Origin: Lepidodermella squamata | Lineage: Eukaryota; Animalia; Gastrotricha | Reading direction: 5' to 3' | Length of the DNA: 64,000 bases | Assembly (NCBI GenBank): GCA_047495785.1 | Contig: JBLDXI010000003.1 | Coordinates: forward strand, 496,001 to 560,000 | Shown: piece after piece, positions 12,380 to 23,421 of the stretch | Layout of the letters: every line of letters begins with the position of its first letter | Position numbering within the stretch: the first letter of the stretch is position 1 | Program-made: the position numbers and the translations under genes | The notes under the pieces: generated by a model | What the model was told of the DNA's origin: nothing | Database searches by the model: none | Seen by the model: the letters and a program-made list of their open reading frames with translations, nothing else

Positions 12380-12628
12380 TATTCAGCATCTAAAACTGTC
12401 TTAGGATCATATCTCGTCTAGTGGCTGAGATAACTTGGCCTCGTCAAATTTGCTGCTAAAATCAGGAGTCTTTCCCTTGTCTTTCCCTACTTCCATAAAG
12501 TTCGATTAAAGGTTCTGGACAGTTTAGGTTTCCTGAGCTTTCCAACCCTAATTTCATGTTTATGCCAGCAAATTTGAAAATGCCAACTAGATGAGATATG
12601 ATCATAACACAGTTTTAAATGCTGAATA
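12380..12628. mobile_element. Degenerate MITE
   Basis: About 45-bp imperfect inverted repeats TATTCAGCATCTAAAACTGTCTTAGGATCATATCTCGTCTAGT and ACTAGATGAGATATGATCATAACACAGTTTTAAATGCTGAATA. Confidence 0.65.
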
Positions 12629-13934
12629 CTATGGTAAAATAATTTCGAATATTACGTAACCGGAAAGCCGTTTAAGTGCGAATATCCGCTCCGATTTTTC
12701 CTTATTATTCGAATATTGAATCATTAGTAGATTTGAATAATTATATTAGTTGGTAAATTAGAAATGCTCGTAAAAAATCAATCAGAATATTGATAAGTAG
12801 AACTTCCTCAACGGTACAATCAATTTCGATTCCAGGTGTAGTACAAGCATTCCCCTCTCTGAGTTCTTGCTCAATTATTGGAAGTGATAACGAGATTCAG
12901 GGAACGTTAATTGCAGCAAATTGTGCGATACTAGTAATAGCTACGCTCGAAAATGCACTTGAAATAATGCTAAAGAATGCCGCTCCATTATAGGGAAAAA
13001 TTTGGGGAAAATTTGAAAACAGTGGAATGAAAACAAAACATCTTTTAGCGGAACCAAATTTGCATTTTGCCCAAGTCAAAATATGCCAATTTGAATAATT
13101 ATATTTTGGATTTTTTGTGATTTTTTGAATAATTCTACAAAGACATGAGTTCTGAATTGAATAATCTGTCTTATAGAGAATTTTACACTGAATTTACCGG
13201 TAATTTCTTCATAATAATTATGGCCAATATTCGAAAAGAGGTTTCTAGCAACTAGAAAATTCCTAACTTTTGCTCCGCGGAACAGTCCAGTACAGCATAT
13301 TAGGTTCCGCTCACCGGTGATTTGGCTCTGGTAAAATGAGGACCCAGATGAAAATTGTTTGAAGTTGAAGTTTGAAAACAACTTTGGGATTTGGGGTCGC
13401 GTGATTCTTTCACTGCACTTTCTGAGTCCTAGATAGTTTCGGTTCAGTAGCCCAGATCAGAAACCAAATTAGTCACAAATTTAAATTTATTAAATAAAAT
13501 CAGGACAGCATTAAAAGCCTGTATTACATAGAAGGAATATTTTAGAGTTGGAGAAATTCCCGGCATGTACTATTAGACTGGGTGAGCCAAGTGCACACCC
13601 GTAATTTATGGTTTCTAAATTTGAGACTCCGGCACTATTATATTACCCCTAAATATGGTTTTTCGAGTTTCTAGAATCTCAATTTTTGTTTATCATGCCT
13701 AACCGATAGACCTTCATGTTACGCACATTTCGCGCTATGAGCGGTCAGTTTACAAATTATACTTCATCTTATAGCGCTTAAATTTACTGCTGGAACCTCA
13801 TTTTTAGGTGTGCAAATATTTGAAGCCTATATAAATTCAATTTCTAATTTCTAACGCATCTCTGAAAATCTAGGTTTCGTTGAGAATTTTTCATTGTCCC
13901 TTACATTTTTTCTCATTTTGCGGCGTTACTACTG

Positions 13935-14095
13935 CAACGAACGCGCGTTTTGCGTACGCACTTGCGATAAGAGTGCGCGCGCGCAATAATAGGCAATTAA
14001 CACGGCGCCGCTAATACGGGGACAACACGCTGAAAAACGCGCGCGCGCTTTTCTTATCGCACTCGCGTTATCGCGCGCAGCTACTGCGTTCGTTG
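13935..14095. repeat. CG-rich fold-back repeat upstream of the ankyrin-SOCS gene
   Basis: Nested inverted pairs CAACGAACGC/GCGTTCGTTG and TGCGATAAGA/TCTTATCGCA, plus (CG)n tracts. Confidence 0.5.
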
Positions 14096-14348
14096 TTTAC
14101 ATTTCTAAAATGTCACAGCAACAACAGCCGCAGAAACGCAATACACTAATAATAATGGCATCAAGGCCGCCGCGGTCAAATTAGATTTATAAGTGTTATT
14201 TACCTGGGCACACAAATAAAAATACTAATAATAATAATAATTTCAGCATTACAGCTGAAAAATTTAGCTTGCGATAAACATTACAACATATTGTATGATG
14301 AAAACGAGCTTTGTTTTATCAGCTTAAATTGTCAAAAAATACGCAGAA

Positions 14349-15386
14349 ATGGCCTTATCAGATAGCGTTGTTGTAGTCACCCTGCGACGACTGGTAGACA
14401 TGGTCAATTTATTACAACTCGGCGTTGAAGAACAAACTATGACTCAAACGCGAGCTATTTACGACGCGATTCGTAGCAAAAATTCGAGAATTTACGAAAT
14501 TCTGAAAAATTTCCGCGATTTTTCTCAACCGCTCAACGACCACGGCTGGACGATTTTACACGCGGCGAGTTGCTATGGAAACGCTGAATTACTGGAATTT
14601 TTGTTTCAATTCGATAATTTCAACGTCGAAATTCGAACGAAAGACGGCAAAACTCCGCTTTTGATCGCTTGTGAAATCGGAAATTTTGATACTACTAAAT
14701 TTCTCGTCGAATCGGGTCACGCTTCACTGGCTGCGCAGGATAATAACGGAAATTCTGCCTTAATGTTGTCGATAACCACCGAAAATAAGTTATTAATCGA
14801 TTTTTTAGTCGGAAAATCAGCAATTTCCGATATCAGTCTCCGCAATCGAGAAAATCAATCAGCCCTGGATTCGATTATCGATTTTATCAACATCGATAGC
14901 TCACGTGAGAGGAACGATTTTTCACGATCGATTGCGTGTTCGATAATCAAAAAAGGAGGTCACGTGACTGCACATAATTTATGCAAATTTCTTCATTACC
15001 TCAGCGCGCCGTTTTTTGCCGATTGTCTCTCACTTTGCGTTCAATCTGGAAATCGGATAATTTTCGATGAAACTGATGAAGATCGGTTATTGGAAATTTT
15101 TCGGAGATTATCGACTTATCGATTTAATCGGAAATTCGATTTGATGAGCTGGCTCGTTTTTTCGCTTGATTTACGCGGAAATAAATTAGTGGCAATGGAT
15201 TCAAAATTTTCGAGCGGGTTTTTCGATCGATTCGCACTGTCAATCGACTCGCTTCAATCGAAATGCCGGCGGGTGATTTTGAACAGCTTAACAGTTGGTT
15301 ATGATAACAGGAAACAGGCATTTCTTGAACTCGGACTCATTTTACCTCCGGTTTTAATTGATTTTTTGAAATTTTCGAAGCAATAA
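14349..15386 (+). CDS. Ankyrin repeat and SOCS-box (ASB-like) protein, intronless
   Basis: Ankyrin motifs GWTILHAASCYGN, GKTPLLIACEIGN and GNSALMLS; C-terminal SOCS box SLQSKCRRVI...LPPVLIDFL. The true start may be a downstream Met. Confidence 0.85.
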   Translation: MALSDSVVVVTLRRLVDMVNLLQLGVEEQTMTQTRAIYDAIRSKNSRIYEILKNFRDFSQPLNDHGWTILHAASCYGNAELLEFLFQFDNFNVEIRTKDGKTPLLIACEIGNFDTTKFLVESGHASLAAQDNNGNSALMLSITTENKLLIDFLVGKSAISDISLRNRENQSALDSIIDFINIDSSRERNDFSRSIACSIIKKGGHVTAHNLCKFLHYLSAPFFADCLSLCVQSGNRIIFDETDEDRLLEIFRRLSTYRFNRKFDLMSWLVFSLDLRGNKLVAMDSKFSSGFFDRFALSIDSLQSKCRRVILNSLTVGYDNRKQAFLELGLILPPVLIDFLKFSKQ

Positions 15387-15497
15387 AATTTCCAATTATT
15401 TCCAAGATTTGTTTTCGTTTTTTTTTAGAAATTTTGCTGATTTTATTTCGAATTTTTCATCTCAACGATAGCTGCAGTAGAAAGAAAAATTAGTACG

Positions 15498-17024
15498 TTA
15501 AAAATTGAAATTGAAACTTTTCCTGCAGCGGCTTACATTGGAGTTGTCCCAAGAGGTTAAAGAATCGACATTGGGCGAAAAAATAGCTACATCATCAGTG
15601 AGCAGTTTATTAAATTGAATGCCGAGCAATTGCACGGAGGCCGGCAGCGCGGTTGCAGCACGGAAATGTGAACGTATGTTCGCTAACCGAACCTGAAAAT
15701 ATTCGAATTTTTATCATTCAAAAATTCGCATATACACCTTTTTTCCTTTGCAATTTCATTATTTTTATTAAAGAAAAACGCGTTTATTTTTTCATGATCA
15801 TCAGCGTATTCATTTAATTCATTTTCTTACTTTTTTCTACCTAAGAATTTACTCGATCTTCGAAGGTTCGCTGTATGCGAATACGAAACCCGAATGGGAT
15901 GAATTATATATCAAATTGAAGCTAGATATATAATCTTTTCAAATATGCGATCAGATCGGCAAAATCATTATTTGTTTCGCAGAAACTAAGCAGTAAGTAG
16001 AATGAACTGCAAAGATGTTTTCCTTGGATAGTTTTTATATTTTATAGGTATAAGGCCCCTCCCTCCTCCCCAAAAATGATTAGAACAATCAGGCGAAGGT
16101 GATATCTCGAGTAGAAGCGATAGAACCTCAAAAAATTTGGCTTTAGTAGCATTTTGGGCAATAGCTTACGCGGGTGCTGAGGTAGTTTTCACAAATGTTG
16201 CTTTGGTTTCTTCATGAAATGATGAAATTAGCGAAGACTAAGTAATAGAATAGTTCCTTAGCAGTTATTTGTTGAAAAATAAACATAATTGTAGGTAAAA
16301 TCAGAAGAAACTTTCCGAACAACCAGTCGGCTAAAACGTTGAATACCTTCAAGAACAAAATAGCATCCAGTATTTTAATATCACAGCTAGATAGATTATA
16401 TATCTAGCTTCAATTTGATATATAGTTCATCCCATTCGGGTTTCGTATTCGCATACAGCGAACCTTCGAAGATCGAGTAAATCCTTAGGTAGAAAAAAGT
16501 AAGAAAATGAATAAAGTGAATACGCTGATAATCATGAAAAAATAAGCGCGTGTTTCTTTAATAAAAATAATGAAATTGCAAAGGAAAAAAGGTGTATCAA
16601 TTTTCCTGAAATTAAATTAAAACAAATAATTTCTAAATAATTTGGAAACAATTTGAAAAATCGAAAATTTGAAAAATCGATTTTGAAATTTGTTGAAAAT
16701 ATAAACAATTCTACGTAAATATTTATTTCATTAATTTTCATAGTTCTTGCGAGAATTTCCCAATGAAATCACCTTGGCGTAGTAAATGGTACCGCCGGCT
16801 TCTTGCGTAGCGTAGCTTTCGACGCAGAATTCACTAATAGTAACCGAGCCGTAAAAAGCAGCAAAAGCTTGTCTCACCTGGGGCGATGCGATAATTTTCA
16901 CGCTCTCATCACCCTGACTGTCCGGTACTTGGACAGAACCAGCGCCGCCGGCGTTTGCAAACTGGCAAAGAGTGGGTGAAAAAGCGAAACTTGCAGCGAT
17001 TAACAAGTTGCAAAACAACAGCAT
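15498..17024 (-). CDS. Stefin-like (type 1 fold) cystatin with signal peptide
   Basis: Exon 1 17024-16773 (signal peptide, GG, ...VESYATQEAGGTIYYAK) joins in phase 0 to exon 2 from 15692 (VRLANIRSHFRA...LP...VQLLGIQFNKLLTDDVAIF). This matches the stefin pattern Y.TQVVAGTNYYIKV...H.KVF..LP...LTGYQ..K...D.L..F. The 3' end may include one more short intron. Confidence 0.75.
15735..16594. mobile_element. Long-TIR non-autonomous DNA transposon (Tc1/mariner-type, TA TSD) in the cystatin intron
   Basis: About 200-bp near-perfect TIRs CACCTTTTTTCC...GGAAAAAAGGTG, flanked by TA on both sides. Confidence 0.85.
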
Positions 17025-18514
17025 GACTCATTGAAATATTGATTTGAAATATCGAAAATATTGAAAAACTGAATGCTTGTGCAAATGATAATAAAAAGGA
17101 GCTGCGAAATTGCCTCAATTTTGAGTTTGAAAAATTCAAGTCAGCAAGCAAAATCATGTTTAACTGATTTTTTTTTGAAACCATAACAAAAGGCACGTTG
17201 ATTTCGAAATTAGAACGCCGGCTGAAATCTTGATGTCATGAATTATTTAGGAAATGAATGAAAAAAATACCAGCTCATTAAAGTTTCAGCGGGCGCGTCT
17301 GTGAAATCGTCACCAGGGACAATTTTTCAAAGGTCGGTACCATTGCACTTTTTCTACTGCGAGTTTATGTTCTTATACTTATATTATACTGTAACGCTTC
17401 GTATGAACACGAAACTCGAATTACCCTAAGCCTAACCTTAACCCTAAACTTAATTCCTCATCACAGTTTGGCTAAAAAACACGATTTTATGAAAATAATA
17501 TGCATGGAAGTGCACTTTGTTTTTTATATTCTTTGAGATTTTGACACTTCAGCTTTTTTGATTGATATACTGATGCCCTTCCTGAACCTAGCATCTTTTG
17601 TTTTAGCAACCTGGCGCCCTAAGCTACGTAGGAAACTTATCGATGTTGGGTTCCACGACGGCTGATATCTGAAGAATCACAGATTTGTAAAATCGATACT
17701 TGCAATCGATATCGGCTCTGCAGGCTGAAGCATAACTCATCCAGAAACTGACCGCTCGTAGCGCAAATAACGCGTAATATGAAGATCTAGTGATTAGGCA
17801 TGATAACAAACAAATTTAGACTCTAGAGAAGACACGAAACTCGAAAAAGAGGCAAATGGAAATTTAGAGCTGAGACCCTGTAATATTAATAGGTTTCGAA
17901 ATAAATATTATAAAATAATCTGAAAATCATTCATTTTTTGGAAATTTGCTAAGAAAATATCACCGATTTTCAGCTTTACAATGGTTAAAAATGAGCTGTT
18001 TCGATAACGTCTTCCGAGCATTTCATTGAAGGTCCAGCCTAGCGACAGGAAGTGTCTGAAAGGTCTCCTGGGACATTTTTTCCAAATATCTTAGCACGAG
18101 GTGGCTTTTGTTTGATGTATGGTTCGAGAGGGAAATTCGATCCCTAGAACGGGGACTTGTAACTTTTTCTCCAATCTCTCATGTCAATCGAAATCCGATT
18201 GTGTAGTGCTGTTTCTTGCGTTATTTTGACCTTACTCGTGTACAGACGATTCCTACGCCTTTCCGCTAGATTATAAATTCTATTCCAATGTAAACATTGA
18301 AAACTGCTCCCAAGTATATTAATTCATCTTAACAAATTTAAGAAAACTGTCTCTGTGGGCAAGTTCAAAACAACCGCATTGTTTCAGCTGGAGGCGTGGG
18401 TGCTAACCTGATGCGAGTACATCCCATGCTAGGTGCATCGGGTAGCTGTATTTCTCACATTTTAATTCCATCATTTTTCTTGTTTTTTACCATTCGAATT
18501 TTCATCTCTTCGCC

Positions 18515-18936
18515 ATGTTCTTGAAGGCAATTGTTCTTGCAATGGCCATTGCATTGGCAGCCTGTCAAAGTAAGTAAGAATGCTTATAGCGGTATCCGCT
18601 AAGCTCAAAACACTGCCTTAAATTTCATTTAATCGAACTGTTCATTCTGCGATAATCTTTCTTGGAATTTCTTGACCATCCATTATGCATCTGTGCTTTA
18701 CAGACCTGCCTGGATACGGCGAGGTGAAGGCTAGCTGCGAGATGTCCAAGGCTGATAACCTACTCGGCGGTGTTATCAGCAATCGCTCGCTGAAAGACTG
18801 CGCCACGGAATGCACGAACCAAGCTCAGTGCCGAGGCTTCACCTCCAACCCGGCCAAGCTGCTGTGCAAGCTTTACACGAGTTGTTCCGGTGTCGGCAAA
18901 TATCTTCAAGGCGAGGTGTATTACATTAAAAAGTGA
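18515..18936 (+). CDS. Small secreted single PAN/apple-domain protein
   Basis: Signal exon MFLKAIVLAMAIALAACQ (18515-18569), phase 1 intron, then exon from 18704 with SLKDCATECTNQAQCRGF...CKLY..C (PAN-type C-x3-C-x5-C-x-GF core). Confidence 0.8.
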
Positions 18937-19436
18937 GGAATGCTCGAGGTTCGAATGGGAATGACAGCTTTGTAAAATCTCTTTGTGAGAGCGCAGCAGA
19001 GCTCAGTGTGTGTTGAGTTGAGGAATAAAATCATCCGGTATCACTGGTTGCTTTTCCATACCGCGGGGTCGAGTGGTGGAAACAGGTCTGGTTGACCGGC
19101 CGGTAAATTGACTGGTTGCCGGTTGGGCCAGGTCGCGGTTTGGGTATGGGTATGGCTAAATTCTGGAAGGGTAGTAATTATCCTTGGTCTGCATCAATCG
19201 CCACAGTGTTTTCAGTGAAATTCAGGATTTAAGAGGTTCACAATTATTGAAAGACTTGTTCAATTAAATAAAGGGACTCTGCTAATTTATGCTGCTTTAC
19301 GCCTGGCAGAATAAATCTTGGGACCGGTTAAAAGCCGGTCAAACCCCGGTCAACCGCGTCGGTACACCGAATGCCGGTGGATGACATGGATGTGGGTTAG
19401 GTCGAGTTTTTCCGACCAGTTTCCACCTCTGGAGTT

Positions 19437-19633
19437 CAACTGAAGGTAACACTATCGACTTTTACCCTTTCAATCTTCGATTGTTGTCAGCATTTGGCGA
19501 ATAAATGTTGCCGGAAGATGAATAATTGCGTACTCCATGTGCCTATGTCGAAGGTTCTGCTATTAGGATATGGCTGACGTCGATGTATCAAATGATGCCA
19601 CGTTTTTAGCTTGATTGCGCTTATAAATGTTAG
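19437..19633 (+). pseudogene. Internally deleted 3' fragment of the SGNH hydrolase gene
   Basis: Matches the end of the last exon of the 36797-38398 gene (QLK.TLS.FT..IFDCCQH...PCA.VEGSAI) with a deletion and stops. Confidence 0.75.
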
Positions 19634-19843
19634 CAAATGGGAAGCAAATAAAATGCATCTCTTTTACCCCGCAGTTTATTAACAGAGCAGACATTTTCAA
19701 TAGGCGTTAACGAGCGCCTGAATATCTATCGAGGGGGCATGCAAAGATTGCCGTTTGAATTTTCCACGTGTTTCAAGCCAAGAAAATATAGACGTATTAT
19801 CGGTTATCCTTTATTAAAGTTTGACAAAGTAATATGCGCAACG

Positions 19844-21218
19844 TCACTTTAAAATATTCGGCAGCGGGCTAACAGTATTTGTTTGCTGAGCTATTTGCGC
19901 TGCAACAGACAGAAACCCTCTCCGGATGTGTAAAGTGAGGTCGTAGCATTTCGAAAACAGCTCTATTTTGCGGCATGTCTCCTCCGCATCGCCTGTTGAC
20001 TCAGAGGACCATAACATGAGCAGCTCCTGGTACATCTGCTTCTGTAAATGAATAATCCGACCAGCTATCGATGCGTCATCAACTGAAAGAAACAATCGTG
20101 AAGCTTATAGAAAACTGGAAGAAATTTGGATGAATTGCCATGAAAGAATAAGATTCCCAGAATGAGCGAAATCTCAATGAAAGACGGATTCAATTGAGCG
20201 AGACACTCAGCCAACCGACTACATGCGACGAAAGTTGACTGAAGGAGAAATATATGAAAATTTCTGTCATTTGAGCAGGAATTCGAAAACCCCATAATTT
20301 TAACATTTTCCTCTGCGTAGAAAATCCACTGCCCAATCGGTCATTTACCTGATACCTGATGTCAAACCTGAGCGATTATCTCAAGAACAGAGCCGAATAA
20401 GGCGAAGCAAAGGTTTTTCAACGTGATTAAATCTACATAGAAATGTATTCTTCGCTTCGAAGAATCCCTTTCATTATTCGAAGTAATACTACTCATGAAA
20501 TCTTAGCGGATGACAAATTTGGCGAAATTGGCGAAAAATCGCCACGGTTGACTAAGCCTGGTCCTGGTGAACCCTATTACTGACAAACGCATCCACTTTC
20601 ATCCATTTTGCTGATTATTGTAATAAGATTTCCTCAAGCCAAGGTAGACATTGACAACATCCTGGGGTTGTAGTAGCAATGACGGACAAGATTTTCGAAC
20701 AGTACAAGCATTGGGATTTAACCCTTTCTCAGTGGGAAGGACGATTTCGGAATTTCGACTTTGAGAATACGCAGTAATTTCAATTTGATGAATTCTTGAT
20801 CGCCCTTTCGTGGAATATTGCTTTTCGATGTTGGCTACAAGGATCTGAGACTAGGACACCTTTATCTTGCATGGACAGGGCATAGTCAACCTGAGATTGA
20901 AATTTCGATTTTTTTCAACTTAAAATTTCATAGGTTTCTGATCGTTTTTTTGATCGAACGAAAAATACCGCCGTGTCAGTGATCGATGGAGACAAACGGA
21001 TTTCAAAATCGTGATCATGGTCTTCGAAAAACCCCAAGAAATGTCGTCAAATATTGTTTCTCCCGCAGATAAAAAATTCCGCTATGGAACAGCTAAAAGC
21101 TTCAGGTTTTCAAGAAAAAGGCAATAACTTACTTTCAGCATCGGGTATGATTGAAGGGTTATTGTCGAAAGCTCGTTAGACAGGCCGAGGGTTGAAGGAG
21201 GGCCCCCGTTAGGCAGGC
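19844..21218 (-). pseudogene. 5'-truncated nuclear receptor paralogue (second half of ligand-binding domain only)
   Basis: Retains LPNGGPPSTLG...YPMLK, STFVACSRLAECL...LFFH and the terminal exon. Homology stops abruptly at 21218. The last intron donor is GC (20138-20137) where the paralogues have GT. Confidence 0.8.
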
Positions 21219-23421
21219 GCTTTTTCTCGTCAATCTCTACTCCGTCGCAATACTCTAAAAACTGGATGAATTCCAGATATCCTTGACACATCCCTTTTTT
21301 GGTTGAAAAACAGTATTTCGAAAATGGAATTCGCAGCTTGTCGATACCCGATGAACTATAAAGAACTGACAAGAACTTGTAACCACGAAGTCGCACACTT
21401 TTCTTAGCCGAGTCGATTAGCTTCCTTATCGTTGAAGGAGCTCGATTGCTGGATCCGAAAATCGGATTAAAAAATGACTCTTCGAATTTTGTCATATAGC
21501 TTTCCACCAATGGCTCCGCAGCTGTTGGTTCACAGCTCGGTTTTCGTTCCGCCGTATTGAGATTGATGTTATTTGTCACATTCACCACGGATGGTGGAGA
21601 TGAAATTGGTTGAATCGTTGGAGTTTTAGGCTCAAGAATCTTCTTTTTTGCGATTAGCTTTGACTGATCAATCAACTCTTCAATTGATTGGGTTTTATCG
21701 ATGAAGGGGCAAGCAGAAGAGCTCATCAGATGATAACGCAAAGCCTTATTTGATTTCAAGGTCTTCGTGCATAAGGGACAAGGCCTCGGTAAACCAGAAC
21801 GACGCTTCGTAGAATGAGGCTTTTCGCGGCAAAACCGACCGAATGTTCTCTTCTGACTCTTCGCCTTCGTTGTCACGCGTGTGTTTGTCATAATTTCGTT
21901 TCCAGCAGCATCAACATCGATTAGGATATCTTTGTCGGAAACAACAGCTAACTTGAGCTGCTCTTCATCTAACTCGATGACGTGATTATCAACCTTCTTG
22001 CGGAAATCGTCAATGATTCAAACAACGCCGAATCGCTCAATTCAGCAAGCTTGACAAGAGATTGATACCTTAATTTGACAATCATTACTTTAACAAATCT
22101 ACATAAAAGCAAAACTTTCATATATGTTCTATTCGCTCAAGTCAGCCAAATTCAAGAGAGAACGAGCTTTTTTCACAACATTTCGCACCTTGCGGCCAAA
22201 CAACTTCGTACAATTTGTTCCCATTCTGGAATTGAGATAAACTGCGAAAGTTTCCGAGTCAAGGACATTATCATGTTCTCTCAAAACATCCTGCCCGATT
22301 TTCTTGATTTTGGCTTCGTCTTCAGAAGAGTACTTATTATCTTTGCGCTTAGAGTCGGGCTCTCCAGTTGACGCTTCGCCGTCAGTACTATCGAATTCCG
22401 CCGAAATCCTCACTCGTGGCTCTCTGGTTAATATCGACTTCGATCCGCTCCCTGACGAGCGCTTGATAATACCAGCCAAGGGCGACTTCGCAGTTGGCAA
22501 TGTACCCTTTTCAATTATCTCCATCGCCAATACAAGGATGTCTTTTAGATCGGATTTGTTCGCGCTAGAAAAGTCGAATTCCTTCTCGGCAACCTCCATT
22601 ACCAAAGGCTCCACGCCGACATTTTGGTCGAACCAAGCTACGATCGCCTGGTAGTTATATGAGAAATTCAACTCAGAACGTGAGAAATCACTTTCGCAGT
22701 CATTATTATATCTCTACTGGCGCATTTAACGGTTATCTTTAGCGCGAGTGGCTTTTTCGCTCCACCATCGGTTGGAAACTCTTCAAGGATTGCCCTGGTA
22801 AAATTAGCATAGCTCAAGTCGACGCCATCCACCTTAAAGGGAAAAATGAGCACGGTTGTGTACTCTTTTCCCCGATAATTTACCACACCTGGCAAGATGG
22901 ATTTACCAGCTGCTTTACCAGATTTACCACACCTGGTCATCAAGTTTTCCTATGGGATAGGCAATATATAATTAATAGAATTTATTAGGGTTATAAGATC
23001 GCGGCTACAGATACATACTCAATACTCACACAGCAAACGAACAGAACTGAACTGAACGGTCGACTCTAGCACGCACCAGGCACGCGTATCCACGGAGGAA
23101 ATTATCAAGGACAAATAAAACTTATCAGCGATAATCAAATTATTAAAAAAATATTTATAATGTTATTTTGGAAACACTAATGATTAATATACATATTATG
23201 GCCGCGGGGTTTTTCATGTATTTTTCACCGCTCGCAGATGTGGTTCTTTCCGTATTTTTTCCGTACATTTTCCTGCAAAAATCGTTCCGTACTTTTTCCG
23301 TAATTTTTCCGTACAAGTGATGAAAAAGTACGGAAAGAATCGCAATAAGTTTTTATCGCGCAAAAAATAGTCGGCATAGTGCAAAAAGATCACGTGTCTT
23401 ATATCAATCTACCATTGCTCA
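21219..23421 (-). mobile_element. Truncated mobile-element-like segment with two coding blocks (about 22940-22129, spliced; 21891-21219, zinc-finger ORF)
   Basis: Interrupts a nuclear receptor exon at its left edge and a cystatin exon at its right edge. Contains CPLC...LRYHL (zinc-finger-like) followed by a helical region, and reiterated TTTTCCGTA motifs at about 23247-23338. Family not determined. Confidence 0.5.

Larger units (their letters stand above)
17396..21218. repeat. Older diverged duplicate of the 30.6-33.4 kb region
   Basis: Same order in both places, with scattered substitutions and indels: CCCTAA-like tract, PAN gene with its upstream region, GC-rich repeat, deleted SGNH 3' fragment and nuclear receptor 3' exons. 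Confidence 0.85.

Noticed and set aside
12790-13420. Possible gene remnant
   Set aside because: Coding-like composition in places, but with stops and no identifiable family.
15541-15570. tRNA-like A box GTTGTCCCAAGAGGTTAAAG
   Set aside because: There is no B box, and it is the antisense strand of cystatin exon 2.
23247-23338. CRISPR-like or regulatory array from the TTTTCCGTA repeats
   Set aside because: The repeats are short and irregularly spaced in eukaryotic DNA, which fits transposon subterminal repeats.
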